Source: Bacilli bacterium
GTDB taxonomy: Bacteria; Bacillota_I; Bacilli_A; RF39; UBA660
Length of the DNA: 58,165 bases
Reading direction: 5' to 3'
Assembly: GCA_028709545.1 (NCBI GenBank)
Contig: JAQVWT010000002.1
Location: 1 to 58,165 of the forward strand
Numbering within the stretch: position 1 is the first letter of the stretch; every line of letters starts with the position of its first letter. Below the pieces are notes generated by a model, which was not told the DNA's origin, searched no databases, and saw only the letters and a program-made list of their open reading frames with translations. Shown here in pieces: positions 38,433 through 47,262 of this stretch. The translations under genes and the position numbers were made by a program.

Positions 38433-39074
38433 ATGATTAAAATTAGAGAAAGACAAAATAATTATGGATTACTCGTAGCAATCTTACTAATAATTGTTAT
38501 GGTACTTATTAGTTATATTGCTTATAGCAAAGGGCTTGAAAAAAGTAAGACTGATAGTAGTCCGACAACCACTACTAAAGAAGTAGAGGCTAAAAAAATC
38601 AATAAACTAATTAAATTTAGTGATATTTGCGATAAAGATGAATGTAATGAAAATGTTTTTGATTATGGTGATATTAATATAAAATTAGAATCTAAGACTC
38701 AAGATGATTTAATTACTCATAATTTAGTATTTACTGGTAAAGTAGATAAAATTATTAATCTAAAAAGATTTGTTAGTTTAAGAATTATTGACAGTGAATT
38801 TTTACTTATTGAAGAAACTCTAAATATCGAAACAGAAATTAATACTTTATTATTATATGATAATGAGTTAAATAAACTTGATAAGAGCGAATTTAATAAT
38901 AGTCTAGAATATTCACTTAATGGTTTAGAAATAACTTATTTTACTTATGATGATACTTGTAAGACAGAAGATAGTAAATATTATCTTAAAAACAGTATTT
39001 TAATAAGTGATAAAGGATTTAATTTATTAGGTACTAGTAAAGGACCACTAAAAGAAAAAGGCTTTGTTTGTTAG
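38433..39074 (+). CDS. Hypothetical membrane-anchored protein
   Basis: N-terminal TM and a Thr-rich linker; no recognisable family. Confidence 0.45.
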   Translation: MIKIRERQNNYGLLVAILLIIVMVLISYIAYSKGLEKSKTDSSPTTTTKEVEAKKINKLIKFSDICDKDECNENVFDYGDINIKLESKTQDDLITHNLVFTGKVDKIINLKRFVSLRIIDSEFLLIEETLNIETEINTLLLYDNELNKLDKSEFNNSLEYSLNGLEITYFTYDDTCKTEDSKYYLKNSILISDKGFNLLGTSKGPLKEKGFVC

Positions 39075-39086
39075 CCTTTTTTTAGT
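39054..39086 (+). terminator. Rho-independent terminator
   Basis: AAAAAGGC...GCCTTTTT stem followed by a T-run; overlaps the stop codon. Confidence 0.55.
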
Positions 39087-39207
39087 TTATATTTTATAGT
39101 TAAAAATTCAATAGATGCTCCCAAAAAAGGGGGCGGGAGTATGGTCGCGATTATACTATTTTTTCTTAATTTTCAGTTATTGCATTTTTTGCAAGCAACT
39201 GAATTTT

Positions 39208-39927
39208 TTATAATATTTCTTCAGTCATCTGCAGCTCATAAACATTATCAATAAATAAATTATCAAAGATATCTTTATAAACTAAGTATTTTTCTTGATC
39301 ATCTATTAGATAACCTAAGACAAAAGAATCTTCTTTAATTTTCTTTATTTTATATAGATCATAATAGTTAATATTAATACTTTTAAAATCAGTATTAATA
39401 CAACAATTAACAATAAAATTAGTAAGTGATAGATTTCTTTTTTTAGTCAGTACCTCACCTACTATATAATCTGGTTTGTTTTTATTAAACCAATATATTG
39501 ATTTGGCATATTTGCTAAGAATCGCAAAAGACCCTTGATAATTATCAAGAGTAGTTGATAAAATTTTTTCTAGATAGTATTTATGACTGGTTGTTCTAAT
39601 ATCTAAGATTATTCCTACCTGACCATTTATAAGCTCTAGAGCTTCTTTTAAAGTAGGAATATGATAAGAACATAAATAGTTAAGTTCCTCATATGTAATA
39701 GAACTAATCTTATCTTTTAAATTCATAAGTCTTGTTAAATCATTATCATAATAAAGAATCATAACATTATCTTTAGTAAGATTAACACTAAAAATAATTG
39801 AATATTTATTTTTAATAGCTTCTTTAAAGCTCTCTAAAGTATTTTCATAAATTATTTGATTATCATATATCCCTTTATTAACAAATAAAGAGGATTTTAA
39901 AAAGTTTATATCTTTCACTGCTAGCAC
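39208..39927 (-). CDS. Glycerophosphodiester-phosphodiesterase-fold protein with substituted catalytic residues
   Basis: NKGIYD..ENTLESF (HRG -> NKG), SVNLTKDNVMILYYDND (E.D..TkDg..HD pattern substituted) and IPTLKEALELI. Confidence 0.5.
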   Translation of the reverse strand: MLAVKDINFLKSSLFVNKGIYDNQIIYENTLESFKEAIKNKYSIIFSVNLTKDNVMILYYDNDLTRLMNLKDKISSITYEELNYLCSYHIPTLKEALELINGQVGIILDIRTTSHKYYLEKILSTTLDNYQGSFAILSKYAKSIYWFNKNKPDYIVGEVLTKKRNLSLTNFIVNCCINTDFKSININYYDLYKIKKIKEDSFVLGYLIDDQEKYLVYKDIFDNLFIDNVYELQMTEEIL

Positions 39928-39968
39928 TTCCTATAGCTATCTTATCATGAAAAGATAATAGTTGTATA

Positions 39969-40985
39969 TTAATTATTCTTATTATTAAATATTTTTTCAT
40001 TTAACATATATTTTCTGCCTTTATTTTCACCTATAGGAAGAAGTAAGCCTAGTTTCATAAATTTAGCAAAATATTTTCTTATATTTACTTTACTTTTATT
40101 TAGAAGACTCGCTACTCTACTTGTTTCGATTAACTTGTCTTTATTAAAATAAACTATCAAAGCACTTAAGACTTCTTTTTCGGTTTTAGTTAAGCCTTTA
40201 AAATAATCTTCATTTACTTTAATAAAATTATCATTATTAAATTTTTCGATAGTTTGGAGAATCATCTTTAACATAAATTCGATAAATAAAGTTGAACTTG
40301 CTTCTTTTTCTGATGCCAAGAGCACTTCATAGTAAGCTTCTTGATTTTCATATATTAATGTTTCTATAGGTAAATATTCAAAGATATTATTATATTTGCA
40401 TAGGATTAGTGATTGCCATAATCTTCCTATTCTTCCATTACCATCACTAAAAGGGTGAATAAATTCTATTTCAAAGTGAATAATTGATGACTTAATTAAA
40501 GGGTTAAGATTACTTTCTTTTCCCCAATTAAATAAATCTTTTATTAATTTTGAAACATATTCTGGTCTTGCCCCCATATGAATTACATTATTACCATCAA
40601 AAACCCCAACATCTCCACTTCTAAACACTCCACTTTCATTTTGCAAATTTTTTGTTAAATTTTTGTGAGCTTCTAAAAATGATTTTACTTTATAGGGATC
40701 ATAGTTAAGAATGTTAGTATATGCATTATAGGCATTTTGAACTTCATTAATTTCATTTTGCGGGGCGATGACTTTTTTACCATTAACTATACTTATAATT
40801 TGTACTTCGCTTAAACTATTAGCCTCAATCGCGCAGGATGAATTCACTGATTTGATCTTACTTGATTTTCTTAAAAGCAAATCTTTCTTTTCATCAATAT
40901 TTATTTCTAAGTGGGCTAATTTCTCAGTTATATCAGCAACTAAATTTACAATTTTTTCATTAATTTCATATGTCGGTATGTTCAT
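39969..40985 (-). CDS. Fic family protein with a C-terminal wHTH-like region
   Basis: HPFSDGNGRIGRLW Fic motif. The N-terminal SCAIEAN resembles the (S/T)xxxE(G/N) inhibitory helix. Confidence 0.85.
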   Translation of the reverse strand: MNIPTYEINEKIVNLVADITEKLAHLEINIDEKKDLLLRKSSKIKSVNSSCAIEANSLSEVQIISIVNGKKVIAPQNEINEVQNAYNAYTNILNYDPYKVKSFLEAHKNLTKNLQNESGVFRSGDVGVFDGNNVIHMGARPEYVSKLIKDLFNWGKESNLNPLIKSSIIHFEIEFIHPFSDGNGRIGRLWQSLILCKYNNIFEYLPIETLIYENQEAYYEVLLASEKEASSTLFIEFMLKMILQTIEKFNNDNFIKVNEDYFKGLTKTEKEVLSALIVYFNKDKLIETSRVASLLNKSKVNIRKYFAKFMKLGLLLPIGENKGRKYMLNEKIFNNKNN

Positions 40986-41038
40986 ATCTATTCTCTCTTT
41001 CTTATAATATTATATCATTATATTATAAAAGTAGCGAT

Positions 41039-41074
41039 ATAAGTAGCGATATAAGTAGCGATATATTTTAATTT
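41039..41074. repeat. 3 x 12-bp perfect tandem repeat (AAGTAGCGATAT)
   Basis: Read directly. Lies 54-89 bp upstream of the fic start and overlaps the stop of the methyltransferase gene. Confidence 0.9.
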
Positions 41075-41784
41075 ATATTTAGTTGATACATTAAAATGCT
41101 AGCAGCCACTGCTGCATTTAAACTTTCACACTTAGGGTTCATTTTTATTAAGATGTTTTTATCACAAAGTTCTAATATTTCTGGTTTAATTCCAGCTGCT
41201 TCACTGCCAATAATTAAAGCATGTTTTGTCTTGCTAATCTCAGTTGAACTTTCTTTTTTTAAGTCAGTTCCATATATTAAATAATTATCCTCTTTTAAAG
41301 TAGGAATGATTTCTAGTGGATCCTTAATAACTATATTTATATTAAAAATCATCCCTTCAGCTGCTCTTATAACTTTAGGGTTATACAGATCAACTGTTTT
41401 TGGGCTTAATATTATAGTTTCGTAGTTGAAAGCAACAGCTGATCTAATAATTGTGCCTAGATTGCCTGGGTCACTTATATCATCTAAAATAAGAATATTA
41501 CCTTTAATAGGTTTAGGTTCGATTTTTTGACAGATAGCTAAAACTTTAGGAGCGCTTGTTAGACCTGATAATTTTTTTAAAATATCACTAGTTACAAATG
41601 TTACTTCTCCATAAATGTTTGCCTCATCTTTAAGAAGAAATACTTCTTTTACTATTTCATTTTTTAAAGCTTCTTCTACTAAATGTTTACCAGGAGCAAT
41701 AAACATCCTGGTTTGATCACGATACTTTTTATCGTTTAATTTAGCATAATTTTTTATTTTTTCATTTTGAAGTGATTCAATCAT
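41068..41784 (-). CDS. TrmH/SpoU family RNA 2'-O-methyltransferase
   Basis: DPGNLGTIIRSA, IIGSEAAG and ESLNAAVAASILMY motifs. Confidence 0.85.
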   Translation of the reverse strand: MIESLQNEKIKNYAKLNDKKYRDQTRMFIAPGKHLVEEALKNEIVKEVFLLKDEANIYGEVTFVTSDILKKLSGLTSAPKVLAICQKIEPKPIKGNILILDDISDPGNLGTIIRSAVAFNYETIILSPKTVDLYNPKVIRAAEGMIFNINIVIKDPLEIIPTLKEDNYLIYGTDLKKESSTEISKTKHALIIGSEAAGIKPEILELCDKNILIKMNPKCESLNAAVAASILMYQLNIN

Positions 41785-42434
41785 TAATATTTTAGTTCCT
41801 TTCTTGCTTTTTTATAATATGGATAATATTTTTCAACATGGTTCCAATATTCTTTTGAGTGATTCATATGTTTAAAGTGACATAGCTCATGAATGATAAC
41901 ATAATCAATTAAATGAATATCTTTGGTAATTAGCTCAGTATTAAGAGTAATACTCATACTATTTTTATTACATACTCCCCACTTGCTTTTCATCTTTCGC
42001 ACCTTTAATGTGAATTCTGGTAAATCATTAAACTGTTGTTTTATTTGATTAAGTCTATTTAGAAATATATTAGGAGCTAGAGTATAAATAAAACTTTTAC
42101 ATTCTTCTTTACTTGTGCCATATATATTATTATTATCTAGATATGGGCTACATTCTTTATACTCAAAATTTAAAATATTACCTAAATATTTAAGATCATC
42201 ATTAGTTTTATTTTTCTGATTTAAATATAATTTTTCGATATTACTAGCATTTTCTTGTAATAATTTTTCTATCTTGCTAGTGCTTACTAAATGACTTGCA
42301 CTGATATGAATTTTTAAGTCTTCTTTAACTCGGAAATAAATATGTTTAATTTTTTTTCTGTTTATTATATAAGTATATTCTTGATTATTTAAATATACTT
42401 TATTTTCCACTAAAGATTTCATACCAAGCCTCAA
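41784..42434 (-). CDS. YgjP-like (DUF45/M48-type) metal-dependent hydrolase
   Basis: HELCHFKHMNHSKEYW motif. Confidence 0.75.
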   Translation of the reverse strand: MRLGMKSLVENKVYLNNQEYTYIINRKKIKHIYFRVKEDLKIHISASHLVSTSKIEKLLQENASNIEKLYLNQKNKTNDDLKYLGNILNFEYKECSPYLDNNNIYGTSKEECKSFIYTLAPNIFLNRLNQIKQQFNDLPEFTLKVRKMKSKWGVCNKNSMSITLNTELITKDIHLIDYVIIHELCHFKHMNHSKEYWNHVEKYYPYYKKARKELKY

Positions 42435-43224
42435 GCTCTTTTCTACTTTTATCAGTGATACTAGTAATAAATGACCAAGTAATATTTAAACTTTTCTTTA
42501 AGGTTTGAAAATTTGTTTTTGCATCATCACAAACTAAATCGTTGTTTTGGCAAAACTCATTGGTTTTATCTAAATATAAAGAAATAAGTTTACCTTTTAT
42601 ATTAATATAAGATGATTCTAATTCATTTTTATAATTAGGAAATTTATTATTAATAGTATTATCTAATTCTAAAGCTATTTCTATTATTTTAAGTTTACCT
42701 TTATTTGATAAATCAATAAATTTAAAGCCAGCTATTTCTTTATTATTAAAAATAAAGTCTATTACAGTCATAATATATTTCTTAGCACTCTTTTTAGAAT
42801 CAGGACTAATGTTTTCATTATTAATGATACTTATATAATTAGAAAAATCGCTGATTATAGCATATTCTATTTCAATGTTATTATTTTCCTCAATTAAATT
42901 AGTAATAGATGTTGTAATTTTATTTTTTTGAATTAATTTATGAGATATAACATTCATTCTAACTGGATAAGTTTCAAGCATTTCATTATGAGCGATAATT
43001 TCGATAATATCTCCTGGATTATAATTTTTATCTAGTTCTACACTAATTAAACTTGGTAAATCTTCTGATAAAGGAGTAATAAGATAATTAGAAGTATTTA
43101 CTTCCTTTACTACAGCAGTAAAGGTGATTTTAGATTCTTGTTTATATAAATAGCACAATATTAAACCAAGTATAAAAACTGATAATAACGATAATATTAT
43201 TGTAATAAATGTTTTCTTTTCCAC
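42400..43224 (-). CDS. Hypothetical membrane-anchored protein
   Basis: N-terminal TM; no recognisable family. Confidence 0.4.
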   Translation of the reverse strand: MEKKTFITIILSLLSVFILGLILCYLYKQESKITFTAVVKEVNTSNYLITPLSEDLPSLISVELDKNYNPGDIIEIIAHNEMLETYPVRMNVISHKLIQKNKITTSITNLIEENNNIEIEYAIISDFSNYISIINNENISPDSKKSAKKYIMTVIDFIFNNKEIAGFKFIDLSNKGKLKIIEIALELDNTINNKFPNYKNELESSYINIKGKLISLYLDKTNEFCQNNDLVCDDAKTNFQTLKKSLNITWSFITSITDKSRKELEAWYEIFSGK

Positions 43225-44534
43225 TACTTCTCACCTCTATTTGAAAATTTAATTATTATTGGTGTTCCGGTAAAATCAAATGATTCTCTGATTTTATTTT
43301 CTAGATATCTTTCATAACTAAAATGAACTAGTTTTTTATTATTAACTGAAAATTCAAATTTTGGTGGTTTAGTTCCCGCTTGATGAACAAAATATATTTT
43401 AAGTCTTTGGGATTTATAACTAGGAGCTGGATGAAGAAGCGCAGCTTCTCTAATACAGTCATTTAGTACTGAGGTTTTAACTTCTTTAGTGGCTGATGCA
43501 TAAGCTTTTATAACCTCAGGCATAAGTGTATGAATTCGCTTTTTTTCAAGTGCTGATAAAAAGACAATGTTAACATAAGGCATAAACTGAAAGTTATCAC
43601 GAATATTTTGGGTCCACTCTTTTATAGCTTTATCTTTATTATCAATTTTATCCCATTTATTAACAACTAACACAACTGCTTTTCCAGCATCTAGTGCATA
43701 GCCAGCTATATGTTTATCATGTTCAATTATACCTTCTTCGGCACTGATTATTATCGCACATACATCTGATCTATCGATAGCTTTTAAACTTCTGATTAAG
43801 CTATATTTTTCGATGTTGTAATAAATTTTTCCTTTTTTTCTCATTCCTGCAGTATCTATTACTATATAATCATTTTTTTCATAGGTAAAACGGGTATCTA
43901 CAGCATCTCTTGTTGTTCCGGCAACATCTGAGACAATAACTCTTTCTTCATTAAGAAGAGCGTTTATTAGAGAGCTTTTACCAACATTTGGTCTACCAAT
44001 AATACTAAATTTTAAAATAGATTCATCTTCTTCAGTTGAATAATTATTAAAATCTTTAGTTATCTCATTAAGTAAATCTTTTATTCCCCTATTATGTTCA
44101 GCTGATACAGGAATATATGCATCAAATCCCAGTTCAAAATAGTTATATATTTCTTCATCATGACGTGGATCATCAAGCTTGTTAACAGCTACTACTATTT
44201 TTTTATTACTTTTTCTAAGGAGATTTGCGATCTCTAAATCATTACTAGTAAGTGATGATCTTCCTTCAATTACAAATACGATAACATCAGATTCATCAAT
44301 TGCTAGCTCTGCTTGCATTTTAATATTCAGATTAAAGTCTTCATCAGTAGAATCAATACCTCCGGTATCAATTAAATGAAAACTTTTATCCTCATGATTA
44401 ACAATTCCATATATTCGATCTCTAGTAATGCCTGGAGCATCATCAATTATTGATCTTTTTTCTTTTATTAAACGATTAAATAAACTAGATTTACCAGTAT
44501 TAGGTCTTCCTATTAAACAGACAGTTTTTCTCAT
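43224..44534 (-). CDS. der: GTPase Der (EngA)
   Basis: Two G domains (GRPNTGKSS and GRPNVGKSS) plus a KH-like C-terminus. Confidence 0.95.
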   Translation of the reverse strand: MRKTVCLIGRPNTGKSSLFNRLIKEKRSIIDDAPGITRDRIYGIVNHEDKSFHLIDTGGIDSTDEDFNLNIKMQAELAIDESDVIVFVIEGRSSLTSNDLEIANLLRKSNKKIVVAVNKLDDPRHDEEIYNYFELGFDAYIPVSAEHNRGIKDLLNEITKDFNNYSTEEDESILKFSIIGRPNVGKSSLINALLNEERVIVSDVAGTTRDAVDTRFTYEKNDYIVIDTAGMRKKGKIYYNIEKYSLIRSLKAIDRSDVCAIIISAEEGIIEHDKHIAGYALDAGKAVVLVVNKWDKIDNKDKAIKEWTQNIRDNFQFMPYVNIVFLSALEKKRIHTLMPEVIKAYASATKEVKTSVLNDCIREAALLHPAPSYKSQRLKIYFVHQAGTKPPKFEFSVNNKKLVHFSYERYLENKIRESFDFTGTPIIIKFSNRGEK

Positions 44535-44573
44535 GTATTTTCCTCCATTTGCTAAATAAATTTTAACATAGAT

Positions 44574-44604
44574 AAGAAAAAAACTCTATCATTTATGATA
44601 AAGT
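44574..44604 (-). terminator. Terminator after toxN
   Basis: Imperfect hairpin followed by a U-run on the minus strand. Confidence 0.45.
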
Positions 44605-44628
44605 CTTTTTTAATATATCAAAGCTACT

Positions 44629-45144
44629 CTATAATAGATCAATTTTATTATATTCTTTACATTTCTTTTCTAGTAACATAAAATTACAGCATCGAGCTTC
44701 TACGTTTTTAGGTAACTTTTTATTTTTATATAATTTATATAATATCTTCGATTTTGTTAATACATCAGTTCTGTTTGCAGTTAACCATCGTAATTGATTG
44801 GTTAATAATTCTATTCTGAACATTTCTTCTTTAATGTTGGTTTTTTTATTTAAATTAAACTCTTGATAATTACCACTAGCAACCGGAAGCATGTTATTAA
44901 AATTGATAACACCATAAATACCATTTTCTATTTTTAATAAATCTAAAGTATTTTTTAATATTTTATGTTTTGGCTTTGGACTAGCTAATGGAGCAAAATA
45001 TTCATGTTTTTCAACTATGAACAAGACACCTATAAATGGTCTCAATTCTTTTTTACCAGCATTATAAGGAACTTTGTTATCAAAAGTTCTTAGATAATCA
45101 CAATAATCAGAATTAATTTTTACTATTTTAAAGTTTTTATACAT
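44629..45144 (-). CDS. toxN: Type III toxin-antitoxin toxin, ToxN/AbiQ family endoribonuclease
   Basis: YCDYLRTFDNKVPYN...RPFIGVLF...HEYFAPLASPKPKH...CCNFMLLEKKC resembles L. lactis AbiQ. Start at MYKNFKI with a GAGGTGG RBS. Confidence 0.8.
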   Translation of the reverse strand: MYKNFKIVKINSDYCDYLRTFDNKVPYNAGKKELRPFIGVLFIVEKHEYFAPLASPKPKHKILKNTLDLLKIENGIYGVINFNNMLPVASGNYQEFNLNKKTNIKEEMFRIELLTNQLRWLTANRTDVLTKSKILYKLYKNKKLPKNVEARCCNFMLLEKKCKEYNKIDLL

Positions 45145-45191
45145 TCTTAGCACCACCTCTTATAATTATACATTGTTTTTACATTGTTTTT

Positions 45192-45229
45192 AATAAAAAG
45201 AAAAGATTAGAGGTTGCTCTCTAATCTTA
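45192..45229 (-). terminator. Terminator between the antitoxin repeats and toxN
   Basis: AAGATTAGA / TCTAATCTT stem, followed by UUCUUUUUAUU on the minus strand. Confidence 0.7.
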
Positions 45230-45349
45230 CTTTTTTAGCTGCCATTTATAGAGCTGGCTTCACTCGCTTTTTTAGCTGCCATTTATAGAGCTGGCTTCAC
45301 TCACTTTTTTAGCTACCATTTATAGAGCTGGCTTCACTCGCTTTTTTAG
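45230..45349 (-). ncRNA. toxI: ToxI/antiQ-like antitoxin RNA: 3 full 37-nt tandem repeats plus a 9-nt partial
   Basis: Units at 45230-45266, 45267-45303 and 45304-45340 differ at 1 nt each. Contiguous, with no spacers, and directly upstream of toxN. Confidence 0.8.
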
Positions 45350-45536
45350 AGCTACACTGTGTAGCATTAATATTATATGTAATATTAAACAATTAATTAA
45401 AAAACAATAACTAACTGCATAAATAATATACCACATTTAAGGTTAAAATACTATACCTTTATAACTTTTGTTATTTTTAAATAAATTGGTTCAAATTTAC
45501 TTGACATGGAGGAGTAGCTAGTATCTAAATTTTTTT

Positions 45537-45986
45537 CTAACAAGATTCATCTTGGTTGTCTAAATCCATATTTGTTTTAAAGGACTTGTTTTTTTTATTA
45601 TAAGTTAATTTAATTATATAGTTATTTAAACATTTTTCTGAGTCTTTTGGATTTTCAATTTTATCATCGCTATCATAATCATAATATTGCTCCTTAGCTA
45701 GCATTTCTAAAGTAATATTACAAGTTTTTAAATCTCCGCTAAGTGTGCAATTTGCATTTAGAGTAGATGGATACTCTGAGCACCCACTACCAGAAAAACA
45801 ACTCCGATTATCTTGTCCCCATAATACAGCTGCTTTTTCAGCAAAGTCAAGCTTATCACTCAGAAGTTTATCTTTAATTTTATTACCTATTGTTATTGAT
45901 GAGGGAATGGCAACAGCTATAATTAAACCTAAAACAATAATTACTGCAAGTAATTCTACTAGCGTAAACCCTTTTTTATTTTTCAT
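45537..45986 (-). CDS. Type IV pilin / pseudopilin (prepilin N-terminal methylation domain)
   Basis: KKGFTLVELLAVIIVLGLI, with Cys-rich C-terminal pairs. Start at the ATG with a GAGGA RBS. Confidence 0.8.
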   Translation of the reverse strand: MKNKKGFTLVELLAVIIVLGLIIAVAIPSSITIGNKIKDKLLSDKLDFAEKAAVLWGQDNRSCFSGSGCSEYPSTLNANCTLSGDLKTCNITLEMLAKEQYYDYDSDDKIENPKDSEKCLNNYIIKLTYNKKNKSFKTNMDLDNQDESC

Positions 45987-46581
45987 TATCTTCATCCTCA
46001 CTTAGGGTACTATCAATAATTCCGTAAATTTCTTCACGTCCTTTTTTAGTAATACTAGAAAAGTATACTAAGTTATCACCTTCTACTAAATTTAAACTAT
46101 TTTTAACACTTTTAAATGTTTTATCTCGGTCTTTTGGTTTAATTTTATCATATTTAGTAGCAACTACAGTAACATTTATGTCATAGTGTTTTAAATAATT
46201 ATACATAATTAAATCGTTTTCTGTTGCTTTCATTCGCCCATCAATTATCATAAATACTCTTTTTAAGTTCTTTCTGTTTTTTAAATACTCTTCGATCATT
46301 AAACCAAACTTTTTTTGAGTAGCTTTATCAACTGATGCATATCCATAACCAGGCACATCTACTAAATAGAAGTTTTCATTACACAAATAAAAATTTAAAG
46401 TTTGGGTTTTACCTGGTTTACTACTTGTCCTCGCATAGTTTTTTCGTCCTAATAAAGAATTAATAAAACTACTTTTTCCTACATTACTTCTACCAACTAA
46501 TAAAAATTCAGGTTTATTATCTTCAGGATACTGACTAATTCTTACAGCTATAACACTTAAAATTGAATTATCTATTTTCAT
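45976..46581 (-). CDS. engB: GTPase EngB (YsxC)
   Basis: GRSNVGKSSFINSL, DVPGYGYA and TKYDK. Confidence 0.9.
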   Translation of the reverse strand: MKIDNSILSVIAVRISQYPEDNKPEFLLVGRSNVGKSSFINSLLGRKNYARTSSKPGKTQTLNFYLCNENFYLVDVPGYGYASVDKATQKKFGLMIEEYLKNRKNLKRVFMIIDGRMKATENDLIMYNYLKHYDINVTVVATKYDKIKPKDRDKTFKSVKNSLNLVEGDNLVYFSSITKKGREEIYGIIDSTLSEDEDNEK

Positions 46582-46683
46582 AATATCTTCCTTACCTCTG
46601 TATTATATATAAATGTGTCAAAAAATGCAAATAAATAAGTGTTAACTAGAATTTTCTAACAATATATTATATAATTAATAAAG

Positions 46684-47262
46684 GTGATGAGCATGCTCTA
46701 TCCGGGTAATATAAAAAAGGAATTTAATAAACAAATTAATTATGCAAATCGGGGGATGGATTTAGAAGCTCTAGTAAATGAAGCTAATAAGTTTTATGAG
46801 ATAAATGATATAGCGATTATTTATAAAAAACCTACTCCGGTAAATATTACTAAGGTTAAATACGAAAACAATAAAGTATTAACAAAGGGCCAGTTAAAAA
46901 GTAAATCTAGTTTAGATTATGTCGGTGTCTATAAAGGTAAATATTTAGATTTTGATGCTAAAAGTACTCTTTCTAAAACTTCTTTTCCTTTAAGTAATAT
47001 TAGTAATCACCAAATTAAACATATTAAAAATGTTTTAAAACATGGAGGACTTACCTTTTTAATAATTGAAATTAACAATGAGATATATTTATTTAAAGGA
47101 GAAACTTTAATTGAGTTTATTAATAATAATGAAAGAAAAAGTATTCCATATAAAGAGATTAAAAATAATGGAGAAAAAATAGCTCTTAAGTATAATCCTA
47201 CTTTAGACTATTTAAATATAGTTAATAGACTATATTTTAAAGGAGAAAATAATGAAAAATAA
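46684..47262 (+). CDS. recU: Holliday junction resolvase RecU
   Basis: NRGMDLE...IYKKPTP...DYVGVYKGKYLDFDAKST..KTSFPL pattern; recU-ponA arrangement. Confidence 0.85.
   Translation: MMSMLYPGNIKKEFNKQINYANRGMDLEALVNEANKFYEINDIAIIYKKPTPVNITKVKYENNKVLTKGQLKSKSSLDYVGVYKGKYLDFDAKSTLSKTSFPLSNISNHQIKHIKNVLKHGGLTFLIIEINNEIYLFKGETLIEFINNNERKSIPYKEIKNNGEKIALKYNPTLDYLNIVNRLYFKGENNEK

Noticed and set aside
39095-39207. Locally GC-rich hairpin (CTCCC-aaaaaagggggc-GGGAG) and a second imperfect stem in the convergent intergenic region; considered as a small RNA or riboswitch
   Set aside because: No promoter, conserved riboswitch core or downstream gene could be tied to it. The most economical explanation is terminator or 3'-UTR structure for the two convergent genes.
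45230-45349. Tandem repeats considered as a possible CRISPR array
   Set aside because: The units are contiguous with no spacers, there are only ~3.2 copies of 37 nt, and no cas genes are present. The position directly upstream of a ToxN/AbiQ-like gene, with an intervening terminator, fits a type III antitoxin RNA.
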